From NCBI RefSeq assembly GCF_006345805.1, contig NC_043001.1:19902001-19966000 (forward strand): a stretch of 64,000 bases of DNA, read 5' to 3'. This DNA is from Octopus sinensis. Its lineage: Eukaryota. The position numbers were made by a program, and so were the translations under genes. Of the stretch, positions 25,961-38,557 are shown piece by piece. How positions within the stretch are numbered: position 1 is the first letter of the stretch; each line of letters starts with the position of its first letter. The notes under the pieces were generated by a model. The model was not told where the DNA came from. It made no database searches and saw nothing but the letters and a program-made list of their open reading frames with translations.

Positions 25961-26559
25961 TATATATTGTTGCATTTCGGGATGGTCATTCTGTTTATTA
26001 TTTTTTTTGTTTTTCCAAATAAACACACATCCATGGTTTTGAGACAAACTTCTTAACAACACAGTCATATGCATATATTATTTGTCATCTAACAGCAAGT
26101 TTTTATAATATTTATTTTGAGAAATAGCAGCCAAATTTCTCTTGAAACCACAATCTTTGCTATTCAAGATACAAAAAAACCCCCAAAAAACCTCAGAAAA
26201 TTGAAAAAGGGTAATAGTGGGAGAAGGTGAAACAGTGAGAGTTGAAAAGTGTCAACAGGAAGGAAAAAAATATTTTAAAATACGTCATCAAAAATGTCCA
26301 AAAAATTTATGTGATGTCAAACTCTGCTTTACTTCCACTTTCTGTCTCACTTTAATTTTATTTTCTTTCCTTCTTCCTTCTCCCCTCTCTCTCTCTCTCT
26401 CTACCTCTTTCTTCCAATTTTTTGCAGTCATTCCTTCCTAATTCTTTATTTTGTGAATCATTCTTGATACTCTCTGCCTGTCTGTTTGTCTGTCTGTCTG
26501 TCCATCTGCTTCTTTCTATATCTCCTCCCCCTACTTCTGTCCATCTCTCTGTCTGTCAG

Positions 26560-26711
26560 TCTTCTTCTTCTTCTTCTTCTTCTTCTTCTTCTTCTTCTCC
26601 TTCTTCTTCTCTCTCTCTCTCTCTCTCTCTGGAAAGGGAAAATAATCATCTTGATAATGAGTGAGACATAAATAGATACTTAGATAGACAATGAGATACT
26701 TCGAGAGAGAC

Positions 26712-26742
<31 letters not shown>

Positions 26743-26845
26743 AAGAGAGAAGAGAGGAGAGAAGAGAGAGAGAAGAGAGGAGAGAGAGAGAAAGAGAGAA
26801 AGAGAGAGAGAGAGAGAGAGGGAGAGAGGGAGATTGGAAGAGAGA
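26560..26845. repeat. (CTT)n/(CT)n tract followed by (GA)n tract
   Basis: Direct reading. Confidence 0.9.
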
Positions 26846-28479
26846 AAGTGGGAGCAGGCATGGGGCGGGGTATGTATGTGATAGATCCCATAGAGATATG
26901 AGACACATACACCCATAGAGACAGAGACACAGAGATAGATACATAGATAAGGAATGTGTTCATGTACATAAACTCTGCTACTTTGTCATGAAATTGTCAA
27001 TAGAAAGAAAAAAACAACAAAAATGGATGATATGGAGATGGATTTGGGCAATAAATGCCCCACCCTATCACATTTTTATTCTTTTAGAAAATTTCCTCAG
27101 ATTTGTATATTTTAAACGTTAGAGATTATGAGTCTGCAATATTTTTGTTTTAAGGTGTTTTATTATTTTTTTTTTGATATCCAGAGCTGTCTTCTCTGTT
27201 TAGGAATATGCACCAGCCATAATATTTAAAATTTTGCCTTATTTTCCAATATTTTTTTTTTTGAATTGTATGTTTTAAGCAAAAGAGAATATGATTCTGT
27301 TAAAAAAAATGTTTTGGGAAATTCAGTTTTTTCAATACACTCTTCTCTCAGTTTTAGGAGTACCCAACTAACTGTAAATTTGTAGTTGTGTGTGTGTGTG
27401 TGTTTGCGCATATGATGGAAGTCAGCCCAATTATGAGTATGACCACTGTTTTTAATGAATTGCAAACCAGAGATGATTTTTTAATTCAGCTGATGATATA
27501 CAGCTTTTCCACAGCATTTATGAATTCATGTCTCCTTTCTGTTAAATGCGATGCAGAATCATGTCTTTGGACAATGTGTGCTACCATGTAATCTCTTCAG
27601 GCCACTTATAGAAAGATATTTATTACATGATTGGCAGGCATATCTTCTTTCAGGCAACAAAGAATTATTATTAGCTTGCTTTCATTCATGTATTTTTTGA
27701 AGGCTATCAAAACTGGTGTTAGAAAGACAAACTAAATTTTAAATTGAACATTTGAAGGTATTATGATGTCTATGGGATTTCTTTTTCTTCTTTCTCATTT
27801 CTGTTTTTCATATTTCTGTGGTGTATGTGGGAGATTTGAAATAAGGACACCTACCTTGCTCTTCGTTGACGGAGACCTCTCCAGTGGTAATGCACACTTC
27901 CACGTGGACCAACCCAATAGCTAGAAATAGCAGCTACTTTTCCCCTACCTTAACAAAGCACTCACACGTCCAACTCAGTCGGCTACCTCGATTGAGAAAG
28001 ACCCTGCACGTCACTCCTGCCCCTTCCTCTTCCGGTCAGCCACAAGTTACGGTCAGCTCCCTAGCTGCAGATGTCATCCCACAATTTCATGTGATCCTCT
28101 TCAAAATGCAGGGACACAATGAGTATATTTTCTTCTATGATGTTCTATCAGCTGTAATCCCTCCCTTATTTCTCCCTAAAATTTTTTAAAAATCAGATTA
28201 AAGTCAATCTTTGTATCTTATCTTTTATTTGTAGGGAGTTCTTTTTCCCAGAACATAGTTTTCCATAGAGTAAATGTTTGCGAATGATTTTATCCTCCTT
28301 ATGGACTATGAGCAAAATGCCCCCCGTCCAATGGATGGTGCTGAGTTGTCAAATATTTAAACCAAATTTTCTCAAAACAACTTGTTCGACCGTCCTATAG
28401 GCCTTCCCTTTGAGAAACACTGATTTAACCTAAATTTGAGACACCAGCAAAAGAAGAAATAAAGATAGACTTTTTTTCT

Positions 28480-28765
28480 ATTCCAAAGAAAAACGATTTT
28501 ATTCACATAAATATGCAACCAAAGAGTTTAAAGTACCAGTAAGTACATCGCAACAGTTGATGTACTTGCACGTACAAATGCACGTTCCCACGGCTTTATC
28601 AATCACATTCTCACCTGGAATCGATTTTTGTAACTTTTTCAAGACTTATATACGCCCTGATACCGTCGGTATCTACATATCAAATTTGAGCGCAATCGGA
28701 TGGAGGATGCCCAAGATCCTAGAAGACACGCACACAGACAGACACAACAGATTTTATATAATAGA
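28480..28765 (-). mobile_element. Helitron-like 5' end fragment
   Basis: Minus strand starts TCTATTATATAAAATCTGTTGTGTCTGTC, like the 11023 and 52191 ends; no 3' CTAG end located. Confidence 0.45.
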
Positions 28766-28930
28766 CATGGTTAGCCCACCTCAGTCTGCAACAATACAAG
28801 AGAGTTTCTATGTTTACAACATTTTCTAACTCACAAAACTTCAATATCATCATTTGAATCTTGACCAAGTTTTCACACTGGAGTAGCTAGTGAAATATTT
28901 TCCCCTCGTGAACAATAAAGATATATTGAG

Positions 28931-29359
28931 TGGCGAGCTGGCAAAAAAATGTTAGCATGCTGGGCGAAATGCTTAGCAGTATTTTGTCTGCCATTACGTT
29001 CTGAGTTCAAATTCCGCCAGGGTTGACTTTGCCTTTCATCCTTTTGGTGTTGATAAATTAAGAACCAGTTACGCACTGGGATCAATATAATCGACTTAAA
29101 CAGCTTGTCTGTCCTTGTTTGTCCCCTCTATGTTTAGCCCCTTGTGGGTAGTAAAGAAGTAGGTATTTTGTCTGCCGTTACGTTCTGAGTTCAAATTCTG
29201 CCTGGATCGACTTTGCCTTTCATCCTTTCGTGGTTGATAAATTAAGTACCAGTTACGCATTGGGGTCGATGTAATTGACTTAACCGCTTTGTCTATCCTT
29301 GTTTGTCCCCTCTATGTTTAGCCCCTTGTGGGTAATAAAGAAATAAGAAATAAGAATAG
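28931..29359 (+). mobile_element. SINE family B dimer (one head plus two 184-bp bodies)
   Basis: Units begin at 28978 and 29162; TSD AGATATATTGAG at 28919-28930 and 29360-29371. Confidence 0.88.
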
Positions 29360-30207
29360 AGATATATTGAGCAGAGACTTGATCTCTACTGTTGCTTTAG
29401 AGACTACACTAAGGCCTTTGATTCAGTGAATTGTGATGCATTATGGGTAACTCTCAGAAAGAATGGTTACTGTGATAAATTTACAAATATTGTCAAGTCC
29501 TTTCATGATGATGTAAAAATATTTTGCAGTAATTAGGGGAAAATGATCAAACTTTTTTACAGTTAGTGGTATTAGCAAAACAGGGTTAACTGGTCTTATT
29601 CTATTTGCCAAATATTTCATAATGTTTTTTTAATCGCTTTCAAAAACAGTTGCAAGGATTGTGTGATAGTGTCTATAAATACACTGTCACACAGCTGGTA
29701 AGTTATTCAACCTTAAACAAATTAATTCTAAACCATACTCTTTTGTACATCTGATAAGAAACCTCTTGTACATTGATGGCAGTGATATCGTCACAAGCAA
29801 TGAAAAAAGATCTTCAAACTGTTATGTATAAAATTTCATTGGCATGTCGCATGTTAGGCCTCACAATAAATCTTGATAAAATTATTATTCTTTACCAGCC
29901 CTACCCGGAAAACTTCAAGTGGATCCTAAAATAATGGCATAAAGTAAAACTTTGGAAAGCGTATTTTCCCTCAAAATGTCTTAGCCCCATGTTAATCAGG
30001 GGTACAAATCTTGATGAAATTGCAAAGAGACTTCAGAAGATGTGGATATCCTTGAGAAAATTACAGTCTCAATAATATATATAAAAAAAAACCCAGTCTA
30101 AAATATATTTCCAAAACATGCTTTATGTCTGTTTTCTTGTATGAGTGTGAAATATGGACATTGTACTCAAAACATATTAAACAGTTGAAGCATTTTCAGT
30201 CAATGTG

Positions 30208-30442
30208 TCATCATCATCATCGTTTAACATCCATTTTTCATGCTGGCATGGGTTGGATTGTTTGACTGGGGACTGGCAAGCCAGGTAGCTGCACCAGGCT
30301 CCAATCTGATCTGGCAAGGTTTCTACTGCTGGATGTCCTTTCTAACACCAACTACTCTGAGAGTCTAGAGGGTGCTTTTTACGCTCCACCAGGACAGGAG
30401 CCAGTCAGGCAGCACTGGCATTGACCACGTTCAGATGGTGCT
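30208..30442 (-). mobile_element. Retroposon family C, diverged
   Basis: (CAT)n-CGTTTAACATCC end. Confidence 0.75.
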
Positions 30443-30504
30443 TTTTTGTCTTTGACAAATTTTGCATATATCTTGGTGAGACTAGGTGAGTGACGATATA
30501 TATA

Positions 30505-30900
30505 TATATATATCTTTTATCTTTTACTAGTTTCACTCATTAGACTACAGCCATGCTGAGACACTGCCTCGAGGAATTTTTTTAGTCAACCCCAATGTGG
30601 ACCGGGTATTTATTCTATTGGTTTCTTTTTGCCAAACTGCTAAGTTATGGGAATGTAAACAAACTAATACCAGTTTTCAAGCACTGACAGGGGACTAACA
30701 CAGACACAAAAAAAAAACGCACACACATACACATACATATGCATACAAGCTTTTTTCAGTTTCTGTCTACCAAATCCACTAACAAGGCTTTGGTCAGCCT
30801 GAGGCTATAGTAGAAGACATTTGTTCAAGGTACCATGCAGTGGTATTGAACCCAGGACCATGTAGTTGGAAAGCAAACTTTTCACTACGCAACCACGTCT
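30505..30900 (-). mobile_element. SINE family A, diverged
   Basis: Recognisable head and tail. Confidence 0.7.
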
Positions 30901-30963
30901 GTCTCTTTCTCTTTGTTTGTGTGTATGTATGTATGTATGTATGTATGTATATGTATGTATATG

Positions 30964-30995
<32 letters not shown>

Positions 30996-31024
30996 TATAT
31001 GTATGTATATATATGTATATATAT

Positions 31025-31062
<38 letters not shown>

Positions 31063-31080
31063 ATATATATATATATATAA

Positions 31081-32518
31081 GTCATCCCTCAAGATGCCCC
31101 AAGACTGTTTCCACATGTTTTCCCCATTCATCTCGATCTTCCATAATGGTCCTCAGCTCCTGTACCCCTTTCATACCAGTATCCTACAGCAAGTTGTCGA
31201 TATAGGTCATATTCCTCCTTCCTCTCCTGGTCCTTCCTTTCATTGGTCGCCAGAGCACTAGCTTGTTAGCTATTTCATCAGTATGTCTGATGCAGTGTCC
31301 AGCTAGCCTCATCCTTCTATGTTGCATCTTCAATGTTACTTTTGGTAGTCCCTGGTATAAGTCGACATTTGTTGTATGACTCTTTCAAGAGACATTGAAT
31401 GCCATTGTAAGCATCCCACTGCTTCTTCAATGCTTTAGTGAGTGTCCTTGTTTCAGCCCCGTATAGAAGAACAGACTCCACTGTTGCCAGAAACAACCTC
31501 ACTTTCAATTTCTTTGCTAACTTTGAACTCCATGCATTTCTCAATTTATGGCATGTGCTCCAGGCAAGGGCTTTCCTTGAGACAATGTCTTTTTCAGTAC
31601 ATTGTGTCCATGCACCAAGGTATTTGAAATTTTCACCTACCTTCAGTGACTTACTGTTTTTCACTTTCACTGACACAGGCATTTTGTGGTTGAACACTTG
31701 CAGCTCTGTTTTCTTTGCATTACAGTACAATCCTACCTTCCCCAATCCCTGTTCTAATCTGCTCAGCACCTCCTGTGCCTGATCTGTCCTCTCTGTTAGT
31801 AATGCCAGGTCATCAGCATAGTCTAGGTCAGTTACTGTTACTGCTTGATGCCATCTACTTCTTTGCCTATGCAGTTTGAATCTCGGTTCTAATTTGTTCT
31901 CGTATGTTCTAAGCATTACATAGTCCAGAAAGATGGCGAAGAGATAAGGTGTTAGCATGTTACCCTATCATCATCATCTTTGTTCGACCGTGGTCGAGAC
32001 AATGGAATTTACTATGTTATGCCAGACTTCACAGTCCATCATGGCATTATGGAGGTCCTGTTGCTGGATGCCTGTATCCCTGGAGATTACATCAGGGTAG
32101 GAGAGTGTGCGCCCTCTGGTATCGCGAGCAGATGGCTTCCAGAGAAGAAGAATAGAAATTACCTCGTTTTCAGCTCTACAACGATGTCCAGCAAACTGGA
32201 CTCTTCTACCTTTCACAAGAGATTCCAGCTTTGACTTCAAAGTATTCTGTCTCTCCATCAGGAGTGATCACTTTCACTCTGATGTCCTCATACAGCTTAC
32301 CTATTGCTCTCAGAATTCTTAGTGGAATATCATATGCTTTAAATATCTTCACCATTCCTCTATGTATTGAATCAAAAGCCTTTTTAAAGTCTCCATAGAT
32401 AATGATAGCCTTCCTATTATGATTCTTAACTCCCTCTAGCAGTCTTCTAAATATGACAATGTGAGATGTTGTTAATCGTCCTGATTTGAATCCATTTTGA
32501 TTTTCTATGATTGGTCTA
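31081..32518 (-). mobile_element. RTE/RTE-X-like LINE, 3' segment with reverse transcriptase (pseudogene)
   Basis: ENQNGF, DFKKAFDSIHR, LTPYLF, DLDYADDLALL, FKYLG, VESVLLYGAET, RLAGHC; interrupted at 31967-32220. Confidence 0.92.
31967..32220 (-). mobile_element. Nested 3' fragment of a second RTE-X-like family
   Basis: LVKGRRVQFAGH...YPDVISRDTG...STTVEQR* followed by (GAT)4; C-terminus differs from that of the host element. Confidence 0.8.
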
Positions 32519-33788
32519 CATTGTGAAATACAGAACTTCAACAGCTTTATACGGTTATAGTGCATAACAGATTTGCTGAGCTATACAACAACAGAGATAC
32601 TGTTACAGAGCAATATGGCAAGATTGTGCAATCAAATGATGAAGCGGCAGCAAAACTGATACTGATAAAGAAGAGGATGAAATGGAGAAAGCTAGCTGAT
32701 GATACTAGGGTAGAAAAAGCATGCAGTGAAGTACAAGAGGCATTTAGCAACTATCAAACAACTGCCGACAACGATACAAAACAAACTTTACAAAGAAAGA
32801 AAGAAGGCCTAAAACAGGTGTACCAAGAGATTCAAGAAGAGGAACTGGATAAAATGATCTCCCAGGTCGAAAATGCAGGTGCAAAGAGTAAACACGGAGA
32901 AAGCTGGAGGCGGATTAACTCCATCACTGGTTGCAAGGCAGGGGATCATCATCATCATCGTTTAACGTCCGCTTTCCATGCTAGCATGGGTTGGACGATT
33001 TGACTGAGGTCTAGTGAACCAGATGGCTGCACCAGGCTCCAATCTTGATCTGGCAGAGTTTCTACAGCTGGATGTAGTGGGTGCTTTTTATGTGCCACCG
33101 GCACAGGGGCCAGTCAGGCGGCACTGGAAATGACCTCACTCGAATCTTTTTACATGTGCCACCGGCACAGGTGCCAGTGAAGTGACATTGGTAACGATCA
33201 CGCTCGAATAATGCCCTTTTATGTGCCACTGGCATGGAAGCCAGTTGGCTGCTCTGGCAACGATCACACTCGGATGGTGCTCTTGGCACCCTACTAGCAC
33301 ATGCACAAGTGCCAGTAAGGCGACGCTGGTAATGATCATCAAAGGGAAATCAAAGGATGTGAGAATCAAGAAGTGGTACACTCATTTCTTGGGAATCCTT
33401 ACTTGGGAAGGATCCAGAAGTTGACAGTGAAACAGAAAATGAAGAATTAGCAACGATACTCAATGGTTTGCAAATCAAGGATGGAGACTTCACAAAACAA
33501 GAAATAGAAAGAGCTACGAGTAACCTGAAAGAAGCAAAACAAACTGGTCCTCACAACATCCCACCAGAAGGACTAAAAAGATGTGATTTAGATGACATCA
33601 TCCTTGAATTTGCAAACAAACTACTAAATGACAATGTGAAGCCAGAACAATGGTCTGAGATAGACTTGGTGCCACTGCTCAAAACTGGAGACCTAAGTGA
33701 TACTGGGAATTACAGAGAGATCAGTCTGTGACCCACTGTTGCAAAAATGGTCTACAAGATGATACTTAACTGAATACAACCTAAGATA
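32519..33788 (+). mobile_element. Inverted upstream segment of the same RTE-X-like LINE (linker to RT start), interrupted by family C
   Basis: ELQQLYTVIVHNRFAEL...SITGCKAG | IIKGKSK...DFTKQEI...GNYREISL*PTVAKMVYKMILN*IQPKI. Confidence 0.85.
32945..33337 (-). mobile_element. Retroposon family C nested in the LINE
   Basis: Consensus match; GATCATC on both sides, consistent with a TSD. Confidence 0.88.
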
Positions 33789-33794
33789 TATATA

Positions 33795-34170
33795 TACTCT
33801 CTTTACTTTTTTACTTGTTTCAGTCATTTGACTGTGGCCATACTGAAGCACCGCCTTTAGTCGAGCAAATCGACCCCAGGACTTATTATTTGTAAGCCTA
33901 GTACTTATTCTATTGGTCTCTTTTGCCGAACTGCTAAGTTACAGGGACGCAAACACACCAGCATCGGTTGTCAAGCAATGCTAGGGGGACAAACACAGAC
34001 ATACAAATACACACACACACACACACACATACATATATATGACGGGCTTCTTTTAGATTCCGTCTACCAAACGCGCTCACTAGGCTTTGGTCGGCCCAAG
34101 ACTATATAGTAGAAGACACTTGCCCAAGATGCTATGCAGTTTGACTGAACCCAGAACCATGTGGTTGGTG
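33795..34170 (-). mobile_element. SINE family A
   Basis: Consensus match. Confidence 0.88.
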
Positions 34171-37100
34171 TATGTATAAATATATATATATATATTGTCC
34201 AACCCATGCTAGCATGGAAAACGGACGTTAAACGATGATGATGATATATATATCATATATATTTATCATAGATATATATATCAGTTGGGCAGTTAAACAG
34301 CGGTGGTGCCCCAGCATGGCCGCGGCCTTCGGGCTAAAACATTTTTAAGGATTTAAGGATATATATATATGCAAAAGTATAATGAACATAAGATGTAGTG
34401 TATACTGCTTGTTCCCTATGTGTGTTTTGCCATTGTGGTTATGCCATTGTGGTTATTTGAATCCTCTGCACTCAGTAGATATTCATAGTACAAAGAAAAC
34501 ACTTTATTACATTCATTTACACAGACCAACTACTTCAATAAACATCCACATCAAATAAATACCCACTGCAGAGGATGCAAATAACCGCAATGGTGAAACA
34601 TACATCGAGTACAAAGTATATAAACTGCATCCAGTATTTATTATATTTTCTTTTACATTAGTTCTGGATATCATAACCAGTAATACTGTAGAATACAGTA
34701 GTATTCAACAGTATTAACCACACCACTGTACTGAAAGCAGACTGGATGATGATACTTAATGTGGAGCTCTAAAGTCACCTACTATCAGTTATACATCTAA
34801 CAGCACACACAGGAAATGTATATATATATATAGAAAGAGAGAGAGGGAGAGATGGTGTGGTACGAATGTATATTTTGTAATAATGTATTACTGTTATATA
34901 AATGTAACAGTTGGTCTCTTCTGCTTTCTTGTTTGCATAACAATTATAATTTGTACTTGAATCTTCTAATTTCTCTTCTAATTTGTATACAAAATACTTA
35001 TTTCTAGTTTGTATTTGACTATTATATTGAAGTTGTTGAAGAATAACCTCAGTAACTTCTGCCTAAGCAGACCTAATTTAATAAAGTGTGTGCACAGCAG
35101 CAGTAACATTGTTAAGTGTATACTTAAATTTCTGGAGAGCATTGAAAAGGATGTTTTCATAGCATCATGTATAACCTTAAGAATGAGCTGCCAATTAAAA
35201 TACATGCATATTAACAAAATGTCACCAAGTAAATTAAAATATTTTATACGTAGAGAATATAATTTTTCACCATGCTGTAATGATTTGGGTAATTATATAA
35301 ATACATTATTTCAAATGAATATCTGGATCAATATTAGCAATTCAAGTTTTGTTGAGAATATTCACAAAAGATATTAAGAGACAATAATGACATCAGTTAT
35401 CATCAAGTAGAGACAGGAAGCACAGATGGGAAGCAGAGACAAGAATAACAGAGAACAAGTGGAATCAGGAATCGCAGAAAGTGCAAAGAAAGAGGCAAGA
35501 ATTAGGAAGGATTTTATCATAGAGGATATCAAACAGAAGTAGGAATTACAGAGGATATCAAGCTGTATGAAAGAATCATAAAGAATATTTAAGCAGAGGC
35601 AGAATTCACAGAAGATATAATAACAATAACAGAGGCTATAAAGTAGAAACAGCAATATCAGATACAGCAATATCACAGAGAATATCAGATAACGAGAAGG
35701 ATAACATAGAATATGTAAGCAAGGCAACAATATCAGAGGATATCAGACAGATAAGAATCATAAACAGGCAGAGGTACAAATCTTAGAGGATGTAATTAAA
35801 CAGAATCAGGTATCATGAGATATCACAAAGAGGCAGGAATCACAGAGGATATCATCAAAGGAAGGTACAGATTAAAGACAATATCAGGAAGAAACAGGTA
35901 TTACAGAACTCAGAATCGTGGAGCAAAGACAAGATTCGCAAAGGATATCAAATAGGGATTACAGTGGATCCACTGAAATGTGGTGTACACCACTGAGAGA
36001 CCTGCTGTAGATTTTATTATGTAATTATCTCAATATACAGCAAATTGCAAGGGAAGTGTAATTTCTATAGCTACGAAACAGTAACCTGGTTCAGAACCTT
36101 CCTCATAATTAATTAGGGTTCTGAGTGATCTCTGTGTCCATCTTTAATGCTGGTGCAATGATAATATAGCACTTTTTTGTTACTTGGCCTTTGGTTGACT
36201 TTGGCAAAGTGTACTGTATTATAAGCATTTGGACCAAATTTCCCGTCTGAAAATAATATCATCTGAGGACATCTGCTTTTTGTTGTACTTTCTTTTATGT
36301 AGTGCTACTATTTATCAGAGAGTAGTGGTGGAAAAGATTTCCTACCAAAGGCCTTCATCAGATAGAACAAGAACCTAGCGTCATCACTGTTGCATTGGAC
36401 TATTTCCCAATCACTTAGTACATAATTTTGTACCTTCTCCTCCCCTTATTTGGTACTGGTTTGCCCAGTGGGCACAAGATATGGAGAAACCTACGCACAG
36501 CCACTGGTTTCTCATTGTTAATTATAGAAATTGCATCATGCTCAACAACAACCACAAGACATCATCTATTCATCTTTCTTCCATATATGAAAGACAAAAA
36601 CCAACAAAACCATAAAACAACACAGATAAGAAGCAATATAAATCTGCTAAACCATCCTCGATTCTCATCACAAAAAATGTGTAGACGTCACTTCAATTTG
36701 AACCCCTCCCTTCACTTCCTACTAACAGGAAAAATGACATATTCTACTCCTGTCTGACACATAAATCTCTCATCAGCTGTCTCTAATCCATCTGCGGTGT
36801 CCAAGCTACACTCCTTTGTCTAGTGTTGCCCTGAAATGTAGCGTTTGCAATGACAGGAATACGTAAGTGTAAGTTAATTAAACTTTCGATTTTACATCCA
36901 GGACAGACACAGACATCATTGTGTAGTTAAGAAGCTTGCTTTCGAACAATGGTTTCAATCCACTGTGTGGCACTTTAGACAAGTGTTTTCTATTATAGCT
37001 ACAGGGTAACCAATGCCTTATGAGTCGATTTGGTAGATGGAATTTGGAAAAAGCCCATGATGAGTGTGTGTGTGTGTGTGTGTGCGTGTGTGTGAGTGTG

Positions 37101-37284
37101 TGTGTGAGTGTGTGTGAGTGATTGTGTGAGTGATTGTGTGTGCGTGTGTGTGTGTGTGCCCTTGTATTGATGTCATGAGACGGTTGTTAAAGATAGCCAC
37201 CATCATAAAAGTGATGTTGTTCACTTTCAGTTTTCCATGAGAAACATATCTGGCCACAGAGAAATATTACTTTACTGATAGACA

Positions 37285-37441
37285 TAGGCATGGCCATGTG
37301 ATAAGAAGTTTTCTGGTCAAACCACATGGTTCTGGGTTCAGTCCCACTGTGTGACACCTTGGGCGTATTCTACTATATTCTTGGGCTGATCAAAGACATG
37401 TGAGTGGATTTGATAGATGGAAACTGAAAGAAGCCCATTGT
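37285..37441 (+). mobile_element. SINE family A, 5' half
   Basis: Consensus match. Confidence 0.75.
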
Positions 37442-37454
37442 ATATATATATATA

Positions 37455-37788
37455 GGGTAAAGACCCCCTTCGGTCATGAATGACCATGGGATTGCACCTA
37501 GAAAGTTACCCTCCTAGACACAAGTCCGGGCAAGGTTGTTTATGGAAGACCAGCAGTCGCCCATGCATACCAGCCTCCCCTCTCCACGCCACCAGTGTTA
37601 TCCAAGGGAAAGACAAAGGTCGATACAGCTTCGCACCAGTGACGTCGCAACTCATTTCTACAGCTGAGTGAACTGAAGCAACGTGAAATAAAGTGCCTTG
37701 CTCAAGAACACAACACGCAGCCCGGTCCGGGATTCGAGCTCACAACCTCACGATCGTAAGCTCGACGCTCTAACCACTGAGCCATGCG

Positions 37789-37792
<4 letters not shown>
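37455..37792 (-). mobile_element. tRNA(Arg)-like SINE family F, near full length
   Basis: Minus strand GGCGCATGGCTCAGTGGTTAGAGCG...TTACGAT (ACG anticodon-like)...TCGAATCCC; CpG-rich, probably young. Confidence 0.88.
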
Positions 37793-37822
<30 letters not shown>

Positions 37823-37825
<3 letters not shown>

Positions 37826-38135
37826 CATGTGAAAAAACATTCGAACGAGGTTATTGCCAGTGCCGCTGGACTGGCTCCTGTGCAGGTGGCACGTAGAGAA
37901 CACCATTTGATCATGGCCGTTGCCAGTACCGCCTGACTGGCCCTCATGCCAGTGGAACGTAAAAGTACCCACTACACTCTCGGAGTGGTTGGCGTTAGGA
38001 AGGGCATCCAGCTGTAGAAACTGTGCCAGATCAGATTGGAGCCTGGTGCAGCCATCTGGTTTGCCAGACCTCAGTCAAATCGTCCAACCCATGCTAGCAT
38101 GGAAAGCAGACGTTAAACGATGATGATGATGATGA
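37823..38135 (+). mobile_element. Retroposon family C
   Basis: Consensus match, (GAT)n tail. Confidence 0.88.
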
Positions 38136-38557
38136 TACACACACACAAATATATGTATATAATATATACACCTGAGTGTCTTTGTGTCTGTGTTCGTCCA
38201 CCCCAACACCATTTGACAACTTGTGTTGGTTTGTTTACATTCCTGTAATTTAATGTTTCAGCAAAAGAGACCAATGGAATAAGTATCAAGCTTTAAAAAA
38301 AGTACTGGGGTTGATTTATTCAACTAAAGATTCTTCAAGGCAGTGCCCCAGCATGGCCGCAGTCTAATGACTGAAAGAAATAAAAGATAAAAGACTACCT
38401 GAAAACAGATAAGCATTGGCAACAGGAAGGGCATCTCTGGTCAGTGAAAAATCTGCTGCAACAAATTGTCTGATCCATGTATGGAAAAGTGGACATTAAA
38501 CAGTGATGATGATGATGATGATGATGATGGTAATGAGATAAATTAATGAGATAATTA

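Noticed and set aside
36330-36362. Minus-strand CTGATGAAGGCCTTTGGTAGGAAA as a hammerhead
   Set aside because: Stem II does not abut GAAA and no stem I or III partners were found.
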